This document shows positions 35,093 to 44,797 of a stretch of 64,000 nucleotides of DNA, piece after piece. The stretch covers positions 217,249 to 281,248 of the forward strand of contig JAGORR010000001.1 in NCBI GenBank assembly GCA_018062765.1, written 5' to 3'. A program made the position numbers and the translations under genes. This DNA is from Minisyncoccota bacterium. Its GTDB lineage: Bacteria > Patescibacteriota > Minisyncoccia > Phycocordibacterales > Phycocordibacteraceae. Position 1 is the stretch's first letter. The number at the start of each line of letters is the position of its first letter. The notes under the pieces were generated by a model. That model had not been told where the DNA came from and searched no databases. It worked only from the letters and a program-made list of their open reading frames with translations.

Positions 35093-35584
35093 ATGGACGT
35101 TGTCGAGGGCAAGTCGAAAATCAAAGGCGGCGGGCTGTTCGCCGCACGCGCCTTTCGGCGCGGTGGGCGCATCATCAGGATGAGCGGGAAGCGCATGAGC
35201 GAGCGACAGATCGACAAACTCATCGAACGTGGGAAGTTGCGACTCGATGATCCGTTTGAGATTAGTAACGGCCGGTACATTGTGCTGGACCCGTTACCGC
35301 TTCTCGCCAATCACTCCTGTAACCCGAACGCCGGCGTACGCGGCATTGACGAACTTGTCGCGCTCCGCGCTATCAAGAAGGGCGAAGAGATTACCTACGA
35401 CTACTCCACGATGGTGGGGGACACGGCGCCCCACGAAACTCCTTGGACGATGCGTTGCCGCTGCGGAGGAAAAACATGCCGCACGAAGGTGGGCAATTGG
35501 CGCACTATCCCACCCGCGCGCCTCGCGCACTATAAGCGCCAAGATGCGCTTCCGACTTTCGTACAGAAGCTCGCCAATGGGTAA
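35093..35584 (+). CDS. SET-domain protein (putative protein lysine methyltransferase)
   Basis: GGGLFAARAF, NHSCNPN, ELVALRAIKKGEEITYDY and a post-SET Cys cluster CRCGGKTC. Confidence 0.8.
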   Translation: MDVVEGKSKIKGGGLFAARAFRRGGRIIRMSGKRMSERQIDKLIERGKLRLDDPFEISNGRYIVLDPLPLLANHSCNPNAGVRGIDELVALRAIKKGEEITYDYSTMVGDTAPHETPWTMRCRCGGKTCRTKVGNWRTIPPARLAHYKRQDALPTFVQKLANG

Positions 35585-35599
35585 GTTAGCAAGAACACC

Positions 35600-36133
35600 T
35601 CACGCAACTCGTAGGAACGTTCTCTTTGCGATAAGAAACGCGACGTAGCCAGTTGCGACACCAATTATGATTCCGCCCAAGATATCGGTCGGGTAGTGGA
35701 CGCTTGCAGCAATACGCGAAATGACGATGAGCGCGGAGCCCGCGAACATGAGCGCCCCGAGCCGCTTGTCGTATAAGTAGATAACGGTCGAGAACGCGAA
35801 CATGAATGTGGAGTGTCCGGACGGAAACGATGGCGCGTCGACGAAGAGGAGCTGATTCACATCATGCGAGAGGAACGGGCGAGGCCGCTCATAGAGCCGC
35901 CATATGACGCCCGTAATCGCGAAGCGTGCGAAGGTGGCCGTCGCTATCGCGAATAGGAGGACGTATATACGCTGCCGCAAGGGCTTCTGGTGACGAATTA
36001 AGAGGAGGTGCCCGAGGATAAGTATCAAGAGATAGGGCAGGGTTTCCGCAAAGAAGACGATGAACCAGTCGAGGGCGGGCCCCCGCCCGGCAAGGCCGTT
36101 CACGAGCATGAATAGGGCAAGGTCAAACGACAT
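35600..36133 (-). CDS. PAP2-family phosphatase (undecaprenyl-diphosphatase-like)
   Basis: KX6RP-like, PSGHS, SRIAASVHYPTDILGG motifs. Internal ATG (MSFDLALF) chosen. Confidence 0.75.
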   Translation of the reverse strand: MSFDLALFMLVNGLAGRGPALDWFIVFFAETLPYLLILILGHLLLIRHQKPLRQRIYVLLFAIATATFARFAITGVIWRLYERPRPFLSHDVNQLLFVDAPSFPSGHSTFMFAFSTVIYLYDKRLGALMFAGSALIVISRIAASVHYPTDILGGIIIGVATGYVAFLIAKRTFLRVA

Positions 36134-36156
36134 CACGCTATTATACTGAAAACCCC

Positions 36157-36399
36157 ATGGCGTATTACGTGTACATGCTCGAATGCCGCGACGGCTCCTT
36201 ATATACCGGCATCGCCACCGATGTATCACGGCGGGTCAAGGAGCATAACGAGTCTCCACGGGCGGCGAAATATACGAGGAGCCGCAGGCCCGTGAAGCTC
36301 CTGCGCAAGGAGCGCTTCATGTCGCGCGGGAAGGCGCTTTCGCGGGAAGCGGCCATAAAGCGTCTCCCCAGGTCGGCGAAGCTGGCTCTGATAGGATAA
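36157..36399 (+). CDS. stand-alone GIY-YIG nuclease-domain protein (YhbQ-like)
   Basis: YYVYMLECRDGSLYTGIATDVSRRVKEHN; 80 aa. Confidence 0.8.
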   Translation: MAYYVYMLECRDGSLYTGIATDVSRRVKEHNESPRAAKYTRSRRPVKLLRKERFMSRGKALSREAAIKRLPRSAKLALIG

Positions 36400-36692
36400 T
36401 GCGTATGCAAGGAAACGAAGAAGAGCCGGTCATCGTTGCGACTGTGGACGAAGGGAAGGAGGAGCTTGAGAAGCTTACCGAGATCTCCAACGAGCTCGAG
36501 GAGATTAAGCACAAGGTAGCGCCCACGCGCTGGCGGGTTCTTCGTAACGGCCTCTATCAGGGCGCGGGCGTCGTCCTCGGAGGCGCAATCGCGGTCGTCC
36601 TTATCGGATGGCTCCTCGCGTTCCTGGGAGTCATCCCTGGCTTTCATGACACTGCAGAGTACTTGCGGGGCATCGTAGAGACACGCCGCTAG
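36399..36692 (+). CDS. hypothetical membrane-anchored protein
   Basis: Acidic N-terminus, one TM; 97 aa. Confidence 0.4.
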   Translation: MRMQGNEEEPVIVATVDEGKEELEKLTEISNELEEIKHKVAPTRWRVLRNGLYQGAGVVLGGAIAVVLIGWLLAFLGVIPGFHDTAEYLRGIVETRR

Positions 36693-36693
36693 T

Positions 36694-37116
36694 ATGTGGA
36701 TGATCTATGCTGGCGGGTCTGCGGTCGCAGCGGCCTTGGTCGCGATATTCGGGAAGATAGGACTCAAGGACGTCGACCCCACGCAAGCGACCGTGGTGCG
36801 CGGCGTCATCATGGCGGCCATACTCGTGCTGTCCGCGCTCGCGTTCCGGAAGTTCGATGGGTTCTCGCTCGAGACATTCGGCTCGAAGGCATGGCTCTTC
36901 ATCGTGCTTTCCGCGGCTGCTGGTGCATTATCGTGGCTGTTGTACTTTATCGCGCTTCGCGAAGGGCCCGCAGGGGCGGTCGCGGTCCTCGATAAGATGA
37001 GCGTGGTATTCGTCATCCTCTTGGCGGCCCTGTTCTTGGGGGAGGCACTGACCTGGAAGAGCGTGCTCGGACTCGTTCTGACCGTGGCCGGCACCCTCCT
37101 CATCCTCTTCAAGTAG
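36694..37116 (+). CDS. EamA/DMT-family small transporter (single EamA domain)
   Basis: Four TM helices, 140 aa, EamA-like pattern. Confidence 0.6.
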   Translation: MWMIYAGGSAVAAALVAIFGKIGLKDVDPTQATVVRGVIMAAILVLSALAFRKFDGFSLETFGSKAWLFIVLSAAAGALSWLLYFIALREGPAGAVAVLDKMSVVFVILLAALFLGEALTWKSVLGLVLTVAGTLLILFK

Positions 37117-37148
37117 TTCTACAAGCTAATCGCTAAAAGCTCTCATAT

Positions 37149-37544
37149 ATGGCCGGATACACCACCAACATCGAACGTGACACCCTGGAGAACGAGGCAT
37201 TCCGTAAAGTCCTCTATACCGGCTCATACTTGCAGCTCGTCCTTATGAGTGTCGCTGCCGGGGATGAGATAGGCGAGGAGGTTCACGGGCAGGATCAATT
37301 CATTCGTGTCGAGGAGGGGGAAGGCAAGGCAGTGCTCGACGGCGAGGAGCACGCTCTCTCTGACGGATTCGTGGTTGTGATTCCTGCCGGGACGAAGCAC
37401 AACATCATAAACACCTCCGCATCAGATGCATTGAAGCTCTACACCATATACGCGCCACCTCACCACGCAGACGGCACGGTGCACCAGACGAAGGCGGAGG
37501 CGGATAAGGCTGAGGAGGAATTCCACGGCGACACCTCGGAATAG
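37149..37544 (+). CDS. cupin-domain protein
   Basis: G(x)5HxH...E..G.G....P.G..H motif arrangement (EEVHGQDQF ... IPAGTKHNI). Confidence 0.6.
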   Translation: MAGYTTNIERDTLENEAFRKVLYTGSYLQLVLMSVAAGDEIGEEVHGQDQFIRVEEGEGKAVLDGEEHALSDGFVVVIPAGTKHNIINTSASDALKLYTIYAPPHHADGTVHQTKAEADKAEEEFHGDTSE

Positions 37545-37803
37545 TTACGGAGTTTCCGACTGCAGGTAGTAGTAGGAAGGCTCTGGCTCATCTTCTAGAT
37601 AGGAGATAACGACAGGGATCGCGATAGCTGCCAGGATAACTACGACGAGCAGTAAGTAATTGCGGTTGAAAAGTCCGCGAACGAACGTCTCGATGTCGTT
37701 GTATGTCATGGCCAAAGTATGCCACGGGCTTGCGTAGCTACTGCTGGACAGCCGGGCCTCGGGTGGTAGGTTGGAGCCAGCCTGAACATTAAAGGAGGGT
37801 CTG

Positions 37804-38178
37804 ATGACGCCTGCCACGATAGAGTTCTCGTTTCTTACTTCCGCAAAAGGCGAGCCGCGCACATTCGAAAACTGGTGGTTTCCGGATTTCGAGGGCCAGC
37901 TCATTGCTGTTCGGTACGAAGCGCTCCAGAGAAAAAGCATCACCTGGGCATTCTTCGGGCTTTACCTCACCCTCCTCGAATACGACCTCAAGGAGTTGTG
38001 CCTTACGAGGCTCCGCGTCCTGATGAAGGAGGGCGGACTGATAGGGAGGCCGCGTCTCGGAGGGTCCCCGATTCCCATTCCGCCAAAGGAGCTTGCAGAG
38101 GGGTATGAGCGCGCGAAGCGCACGCATCCGCACGACATCCGCATCCGCCTGCTGCGGCCGCTCTTCCCGAACGGCTAG
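37804..38178 (+). CDS. hypothetical protein
   Basis: Strong AAAGGAGGG RBS 6 nt upstream. A terminator hairpin follows (38179-38212). Confidence 0.45.
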   Translation: MTPATIEFSFLTSAKGEPRTFENWWFPDFEGQLIAVRYEALQRKSITWAFFGLYLTLLEYDLKELCLTRLRVLMKEGGLIGRPRLGGSPIPIPPKELAEGYERAKRTHPHDIRIRLLRPLFPNG

Positions 38179-38292
38179 ACCTTCAAATCCCCGGCACTCA
38201 CGTGCCGGGGATTTCGCTATAGGGATTGCTAACTGACAAATTAATGGCATTATAATCCACAGAACGAACCTTAGAGACGGGGGAGCAACAAC

Positions 38293-38745
38293 ATGGAGCG
38301 TACCGGACTGCCGTGCCAAATCGACGTGAAGTGCGTGCTGCCGGTCGGCAGCGTTGAAATTCATCCGGCGATTCGATTCACCGACTTTCCCGACCGCAGA
38401 ATCGAGAGTGCTGTCGATTTCTACGCATCACATCCTATGCGCATGATTCCGACTGGCGACGCGCTCATGCAAGCTGAGGACGAGCGCCGCAGGTTGTACC
38501 AATTCGCGGTGACGTGGCTTCGGAAGGCCATCCAGGAATGCGTTCACGCATCCTTGCTCGGTCCTCATCCTGAGGCGGTGTACTGGGAGATGCGTGACGG
38601 ATCGTTTCGGGTGGTGCAATCAGGGGAGTATCGACCGCTCGCAAGGTACCTCGACCGCGTCACGAAGTTCAGGCTCGAGCTCACTCGCTACGTCTACAAC
38701 GGTCGCGAAGCGACCCCCTGCCTGTTCTACTCATGCGAATTCTGA
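38293..38745 (+). CDS. hypothetical protein
   Basis: 150 aa; a terminator hairpin follows (38750-38785). Confidence 0.4.
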   Translation: MERTGLPCQIDVKCVLPVGSVEIHPAIRFTDFPDRRIESAVDFYASHPMRMIPTGDALMQAEDERRRLYQFAVTWLRKAIQECVHASLLGPHPEAVYWEMRDGSFRVVQSGEYRPLARYLDRVTKFRLELTRYVYNGREATPCLFYSCEF

Positions 38746-38949
38746 CTCAAAGGACCCCGGCCAAACGGCTCGGGGTCCTTCTGTATTCATAATTCATAAG
38801 CTTTTCATCTTGAATACGTCACTCTTTCATTAGAAATCAATAGGGGACAAGGAGTTCTTGACGCTCAATGGACAGAGTTCATAGTACAAGTGTAGTCCAA
38901 GGGGGCTCAGGGGACGCTTACTACGTTTGATCCGTTTATCTTAATACGT

Positions 38950-41900
38950 ATGACTCATATTACTTTCGCTTCGCGATCGGCTATCGCCCGATTCGCAAGC
39001 GCGCTCACGGTGTTCGCGCTCGTCGCGACACCGTTCATGACTCTTATTCCTGCATCGGCGCATGCGACCGCGCCGACACCAGCAAGCATTTCGATTGATA
39101 CTGTCGAAGATGATAATGGCTCATATACTTCGCCTTTTGATTTCTCATGCCCTGTAGATGGTAATGAAGGAGAAATAACCATCTACGGTAGCGGAGCGAG
39201 CGCAAGCAACTCCCCGGGGCAGATTGAAGACTATGCCGTTGCAATAGATTGGGGAGATGGGAGCGCAACAACCACAGATCTTGGCACGTTCACTCCTCCT
39301 TCAGGGACGTCTACGTTCACGTACGAATTCACAGCTTCCCATTCGTATTCCTCCTACGGACCAAAAACTGTCACTGCATACCTTTACCATGGAAGCCTAA
39401 ATGGAAACGATGGTGATGCTGTGGCGACAATCACTTTATCTCCTTGCAGCACCGATCCGGGTGTGACCACCGACGCTGCAGACAACATCAGCCACACGGA
39501 CGCTACTATGCACGGTACCAACGGGCCTGTAGCAGCGACAAACTCCTCGTACTGGGTCTCCCTTGCGCCGATTGATACCGGCTCGTCCTCCATTCCGCCA
39601 GGCGTCTACTCAACCCCGACTCAGGGAGCGGTAGCTGCTAATGGCGCCCTTGCCGGGACGCCCCTTTCTTCTGTCGCGACTTCCGGCATCCCAGGAAACA
39701 TCCCAGGCGGTATACAACCAGATACCACGTACTACTTCGTTGCGTGGATCGAAGTCGGCGGAGACTGGTATCCGGGCGAAGTCCTCTCTGTCACGACCCT
39801 CCCTGATCCTGAAGTACCGCCGGCCTGCGGAATCATGGATAACACCACGTTCGACGGATTCTCTCTCGGCAGCGTAAACGGCCAGGGCGGATGGGGTATA
39901 ACCGGTCCCTACGACCACGCTATCGTCGATAACACCTACGGCTTCCCAACTTTCGGTTGTAAGACGCTTCGTATCTCGAACGCCGTAACCGCTGGTTCGT
40001 TCGGTGACCAAATCTTCTCCTACTCAGTCGCCAACGAGGCAGGTGAGACTGTTGCTGAGAATAACGGCATGTCAGGGGGTACTCGCCAGGAGCGCTTCGA
40101 GGCAGAGTTCGATATCGCCTCCGCTGATGCAGACGTTTACCAGCCGGGCCTCGCTGTCACTGTCTCTCCCGACCGGGGTGATGGCGCTCGCATGAGCTAT
40201 CTTCGCTTCGAGGATTCCCCGGACGGTATCGATGTCTATTTCTACGACGTGCAGAGCTCGACTGATCCTGCGAACTTCGTCCAGACCCAGATCGCAAATG
40301 ATCTTCCGCGCACCTCGCCGCACACGGTGAAGCTCGTCATGGATTTCGTTGACGGCCCGGTAAGTCCGGCAGCGCTCCCTGCGAACGATGTCGTCGAAGT
40401 CTTCATCGACGGCGTCTCCGAGCATATCGGGACAAGCTGGGAAAACTATTACCGCTACGATAATGAGTCGAACCCTGGCCTTATCGACACGAGCCGCACC
40501 GTCGACTCGCTCCTCTTCCGTGTCGCTGGCACGGCTGCTCCGGAAACGGATGAGGAGGGCTTCCTCTTCGACAATGTCTCCATAGAGACCGGCCCTACAC
40601 CAGGCCCTGTCGTAGAGACCTCGACCGTGACCCTCTGTAAGTACGCAGACACGTACCCCGAGGAGACTCCACTCCCAGGATGGACGCTCACTCTTACCGG
40701 CGACACCGTACAGGAAAGTTTCGCCGTCCCTGTTGCAGACCCTGTAGGTGTTAACTCAAATCCTCTCGTAGCCGGAGTTTCCTACGTGGCAACGGCGATG
40801 GGTACTTGGCTCAATGACCGGCCAGATGATGCGCCTGAAGGAAACGATGTCGACGCTGAGTACTCGACGATCGACGAGTGGGTAACCCAGATGGACGGCT
40901 ACGACGGATTCGGTACCAATATCCTTGAGCTCGAGATCAATGAGACCGATGGCGAGTGGGGTACATACAACAGCAGCCATACGTACGCACAGGCCTTCAC
41001 CGTTGCTGCTGACGGCCCTGCGAACTTCCGGATCTTCGATGGCGACGGTGCGCATGTTCAGCAGCCAAGCTGGTTTGCCGACAACAAAGACAGCACGCTC
41101 GAAGTAGAGATCTCCGAAGGATATGCCGGCGTAACTGGAGAGAACGGCTGCGTAACGTTCGAAGATGTGCCATTCGGTAGCTACGAAGTAGGCGAGGTCA
41201 TGCAGGACGGCTGGGAGAACGAATCCGGACTTGGCGAGGTAACGGTGGATGAGGAGGAAATGGTCTTCGATGTCGTCAATCATAACGACGACTTCGGCAA
41301 TGATTCCTGCATGCTCGTAAGCGACACAACGACCCTCGAGGGTGGTACTGCTTCCGACCTCGTGCCGGAGCCGCATCATGAATCATGGACCGCCGTAGTA
41401 GACATGCTCGCGATGTGGATCTGGGGAGATGAGGAAGTCACTGATCCGACTGGTGAGGAGACTCAGGTCTTCACGAAGACGTTCTGGCTTGAGTCCGTAC
41501 CAGCGTCTGACGCGACCCTGGTCATCGGAGCCGATAACTCGTACGAAGTCGAACTCAATGGCACTCCAGTGGGTAACGATGCCAACGAGGACAACTACAC
41601 TAACGCTGAAAAGGACACGATTACGATTCCTATGGCGGACTTCGAGCTCGGTGCGAACACGCTCGTCTTCACGGTGAAGAACATCGCGTTTGGCGGCGGC
41701 ACGCAGGAGACGAATCCGGCCGGACTCATCTACAAGCTCACTATCCCAGGAACGGAGTGTCAGCAGACGCCTCCTGACCAGGCGGAGCTACAGGTCCACA
41801 TCTACAAGTACATCCAGGATGAGAACGATGCTATAGCGCTCGCAACCGAGGGAAGCTTCCCAATGAGCGCGACCTGGGACGCTGCCAACATCGGCGCGGG

Positions 41901-43257
41901 CTCCGGCAACTACGCGCTTAACGCGGGGAACAGCTATCACGCTGCAACGAGCCCGATGTCACAGCAGGCCGACTACAGCACCTACGAAGTCACGGATGGA
42001 AATCCTGTCATGCCTGCGGACAGTAATAGCTGTCCGGCGGATAAGTACCGACTCGTAGGCTACAAGACCGGAGATACGCTCATCGAAGCTGAGAACGACG
42101 CAATAGACGACGACTTCCCGGTCTTCGATAGTCTCGACGCTGATAAGTATGTAATCGTAGTCAACGAAGATTGTGATGACCTTGATATCCCACCTACCGA
42201 GCAGGTGAAGGTTCACATCTACAAGTACCTCGAGGATGAAAACGATGTAGCGACGCAGATTCCTGACAATGCGGAGATAGCGCCGTTTGCGATGACGGCG
42301 ACATGGACCGCAGATAACCTAAATAGCGGGACCGAGTCTTCCGGTGAGTATGTCCTCGGTAACAATCACGGCGGAACATCGCTTACGTACGCTGCGGATA
42401 CATCACCGATGGATGTCGGCGCTGATTACACGACTTCGGAGATTACCGGCGAGAACGGTGTCCTTCCGGTTGGTGGTGAGTGCGTTGAGGGTGCGTATCG
42501 CCTCGTGGGCTACAAGTCGGGCACGACCCTTGAAGAGGCAGAAGGCGGCGTCGTAACAGCAGCCGCACCAATCTTCACCGACCTCCAAACTGACCAGCAC
42601 GTTATCGTCGTCAACGAGGACTGCGATGACGTATTCGACGACAGTACTCCATCCGAAGAGCAGTTCACTATCACCTCGACGGTTGAAGGAGATGGAACGG
42701 TGACCCCGTTAGGCGCAATCGTCGTTAATGAGGGTGACAATCAGATGTTCACTTTTACTGACGGTGGCCAGTCGCTCGTCGAAGTTCTGATAGACGGCGT
42801 CGATATCGGAAGTCCTGCTGATTACACCTTCTCCAGTGTTAACGCGAACCATACGGTGCACGCACGATTCGCAACGAATGGAGGTGGCGGTGGTGGAGGA
42901 GGCGGAAACAATAACGGTGGTCAGGTTCTCGGTGCATCCACCGACGACATGTGCATCCCGCTCCTCCATACGTATATGCGCATGGGTATAGTGAACGACG
43001 CACAAGAGGTTATGGACCTTAAGGGCTTCCTTAACGAGGAAATGGGACTGACGCTTCCGATTGACTCGAACTTCGACGCAGCGACGGATGCTGCGGTGCG
43101 TGCATTCCAGACGAAGTACAAGACCGAAGTGCTTGATCCGTGGACACCGTTTGGCTTCAATGATCAGCCGACCGGCTACGTGTTCAAGCTGACCCAGTGG
43201 AAGGTAAACTCAATCCACTGTGCTCCAACGATTTATCCGTTCCCAGCGCTCCCATAA
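38950..43257 (+). CDS. giant (1435 aa) secreted cell-surface protein with tandem ~130-aa domain repeats, poly-Gly linker and C-terminal peptidoglycan-binding domain
   Basis: Signal peptide. Internal duplicated module (VHIYKY[IL][QE]DENDA...YRLVGYK[TS]G.TL.EAE...HVIVVNEDCDD, twice). GGGGGGGGGNNNGG linker. C-terminal PG_binding_1-like domain (AVRAFQTKY). Confidence 0.8.
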   Translation: MTHITFASRSAIARFASALTVFALVATPFMTLIPASAHATAPTPASISIDTVEDDNGSYTSPFDFSCPVDGNEGEITIYGSGASASNSPGQIEDYAVAIDWGDGSATTTDLGTFTPPSGTSTFTYEFTASHSYSSYGPKTVTAYLYHGSLNGNDGDAVATITLSPCSTDPGVTTDAADNISHTDATMHGTNGPVAATNSSYWVSLAPIDTGSSSIPPGVYSTPTQGAVAANGALAGTPLSSVATSGIPGNIPGGIQPDTTYYFVAWIEVGGDWYPGEVLSVTTLPDPEVPPACGIMDNTTFDGFSLGSVNGQGGWGITGPYDHAIVDNTYGFPTFGCKTLRISNAVTAGSFGDQIFSYSVANEAGETVAENNGMSGGTRQERFEAEFDIASADADVYQPGLAVTVSPDRGDGARMSYLRFEDSPDGIDVYFYDVQSSTDPANFVQTQIANDLPRTSPHTVKLVMDFVDGPVSPAALPANDVVEVFIDGVSEHIGTSWENYYRYDNESNPGLIDTSRTVDSLLFRVAGTAAPETDEEGFLFDNVSIETGPTPGPVVETSTVTLCKYADTYPEETPLPGWTLTLTGDTVQESFAVPVADPVGVNSNPLVAGVSYVATAMGTWLNDRPDDAPEGNDVDAEYSTIDEWVTQMDGYDGFGTNILELEINETDGEWGTYNSSHTYAQAFTVAADGPANFRIFDGDGAHVQQPSWFADNKDSTLEVEISEGYAGVTGENGCVTFEDVPFGSYEVGEVMQDGWENESGLGEVTVDEEEMVFDVVNHNDDFGNDSCMLVSDTTTLEGGTASDLVPEPHHESWTAVVDMLAMWIWGDEEVTDPTGEETQVFTKTFWLESVPASDATLVIGADNSYEVELNGTPVGNDANEDNYTNAEKDTITIPMADFELGANTLVFTVKNIAFGGGTQETNPAGLIYKLTIPGTECQQTPPDQAELQVHIYKYIQDENDAIALATEGSFPMSATWDAANIGAGSGNYALNAGNSYHAATSPMSQQADYSTYEVTDGNPVMPADSNSCPADKYRLVGYKTGDTLIEAENDAIDDDFPVFDSLDADKYVIVVNEDCDDLDIPPTEQVKVHIYKYLEDENDVATQIPDNAEIAPFAMTATWTADNLNSGTESSGEYVLGNNHGGTSLTYAADTSPMDVGADYTTSEITGENGVLPVGGECVEGAYRLVGYKSGTTLEEAEGGVVTAAAPIFTDLQTDQHVIVVNEDCDDVFDDSTPSEEQFTITSTVEGDGTVTPLGAIVVNEGDNQMFTFTDGGQSLVEVLIDGVDIGSPADYTFSSVNANHTVHARFATNGGGGGGGGGNNNGGQVLGASTDDMCIPLLHTYMRMGIVNDAQEVMDLKGFLNEEMGLTLPIDSNFDAATDAAVRAFQTKYKTEVLDPWTPFGFNDQPTGYVFKLTQWKVNSIHCAPTIYPFPALP

Positions 43258-43275
43258 AGACCTAGCGTCTTAGCA

Positions 43276-43303
43276 AAAAGCCCGCCCACAAGGCGGGCTT
43301 TTT
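43276..43303 (+). terminator. rho-independent terminator
   Basis: AAAAGCCCGCC-cacaa-GGCGGGCTTTTT. Confidence 0.55.
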
Positions 43304-43332
43304 GCTATCTGGTGGCTGCTATCATGGAGTGA

Positions 43333-44382
43333 ATGGCGAAGAAGGTCTTAAAACGAGTAGCGCCGCCGCGTGTCAGGAAGCGGCGGAAGCACGGTGTGAC
43401 GCTGTGGCTTTATGACCACTTCGTCCCGCACGCTGGGAACGGACATGAGCCCCACTACTTCCGCACGGGTTCCCTTATCGCGCTCGCACTCGGGGTCCTT
43501 ATGCTCCAGGGCCTTTATCTGGGAGCGACTAAGTTCGTATTCCTCCAGACGAATTTCCTCGCATCCGTCCTTCCTGGCGTCCTCGTCTCCTTAGCAAATG
43601 AGGACCGTGCCGAGAATGGGGTAGGAGCGCTTGAGGAGGACCCTGAGCTTTCTGCAGCAGCGCAGGTGAAGGCGAATGATATGGCAGCACGCGGGTACTT
43701 CTCCCACGCAACCCCTGAGGGGCAGCCGCCCTGGTACTGGTTCCGGCTTGCCGGATACGAGTATGCGCACGCGGGAGAGAACCTTGCGGTGAATTTCACC
43801 GATTCGATAGATGTGCAGGAAGCGTGGATGGAGTCCCCGACCCATCGTGCGAACATAGTGAAGCCTGTGTATACGAAGGTCGGGATAGGTGTCGCCGAAG
43901 GCACTTTTGAGGGGAAGCGGGCGACGTTTGTCGTGCAATTTTTTGCGACGCCACCGGCGGCGCCTATACCCGCGCCAGCCGAAAGTCGGCTTGCGGTCAC
44001 GGTCGCGGAGCCTGTTCCTGAAACGGAGCCTGTTGTCGCATCCGCGCCACCTGCTGCGACTGAAGTCCTGGGAACGGAGGCAGCTACGCCTGCGCCGACT
44101 ACGCGTCAGACGACTAGCTTCTGGCAGAAGTTTATGACCGAGATTACGAGCCCGACTGCGCTCCTTGTCTCAGCACTTACCGGATTCCTCTCGCTCACCA
44201 TCGTCGCCTTGCTTGCCATTATGCTCGTGCACTTCCGTATCCCACACCCGCGCGTCGTTCTGGGGAGTGCGGCGCTCACCGTCCTCTTCCTCGTAGCGCT
44301 CTACATGAACGCCTCGGCTATCATCCCGGTCACGCTGCCTGAGGACGCAGGGGTTGCTAACGCGATATCCGCGACTAGATAG
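43333..44382 (+). CDS. membrane-anchored CAP/SCP/PR-1-like domain protein
   Basis: GYFSH..P.G, GENLA, WMESPTHRANI, KVGIGV CAP signatures. N-terminal and C-terminal TM helices. Confidence 0.75.
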   Translation: MAKKVLKRVAPPRVRKRRKHGVTLWLYDHFVPHAGNGHEPHYFRTGSLIALALGVLMLQGLYLGATKFVFLQTNFLASVLPGVLVSLANEDRAENGVGALEEDPELSAAAQVKANDMAARGYFSHATPEGQPPWYWFRLAGYEYAHAGENLAVNFTDSIDVQEAWMESPTHRANIVKPVYTKVGIGVAEGTFEGKRATFVVQFFATPPAAPIPAPAESRLAVTVAEPVPETEPVVASAPPAATEVLGTEAATPAPTTRQTTSFWQKFMTEITSPTALLVSALTGFLSLTIVALLAIMLVHFRIPHPRVVLGSAALTVLFLVALYMNASAIIPVTLPEDAGVANAISATR

Positions 44383-44439
44383 ACGAGATGCAAAAACCGC
44401 CACAGCCCGTAGGGGCTGCGGCGGTTTTGCTTGTGAACG

Positions 44440-44787
44440 CTAGTATCCGAGCTCGCGGTCTAATTCCGCCATATCAGCGTCGAACGATTCGAGGTCAGCC
44501 TCGTTGAGGTCGGACTCGATATCCGCTTCGGCGGTCGAAGTGCTATCAGCAGACAGAGTGTTGAGACGCTCTTCGGTAGTGGCAGTCGACTCCATAACTG
44601 CAGCATCGCGTTCCTCTTCGCTTACGGCGCTAAAGAATCCCTGATCCCACGCGAACCAGCCGACAGCGGGAAGAATCGCAATGAGGAGGATAACAACGAG
44701 CGCAGGCAACATACCCTGTTTTTTGGGTGGCATCACCGGCGCAGGGGCAACTGGTGCCTGGGGAACCTGATTCTGGTCTTCATTCAT
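44440..44787 (-). CDS. hypothetical membrane-anchored acidic protein
   Basis: Pro-rich N-terminus, one TM, acidic tail; 115 aa. Confidence 0.4.
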   Translation of the reverse strand: MNEDQNQVPQAPVAPAPVMPPKKQGMLPALVVILLIAILPAVGWFAWDQGFFSAVSEEERDAAVMESTATTEERLNTLSADSTSTAEADIESDLNEADLESFDADMAELDRELGY

Positions 44788-44797
44788 AGTCGTGAGA

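Noticed and set aside
37789-38364. 191-aa minus-strand ORF
   Set aside because: Almost entirely antisense to the plus-strand gene 37804-38178, which has a strong AAAGGAGGG RBS and is followed by a terminator hairpin. The minus ORF has no RBS and an Arg/Pro-rich translation typical of GC-rich antisense frames.
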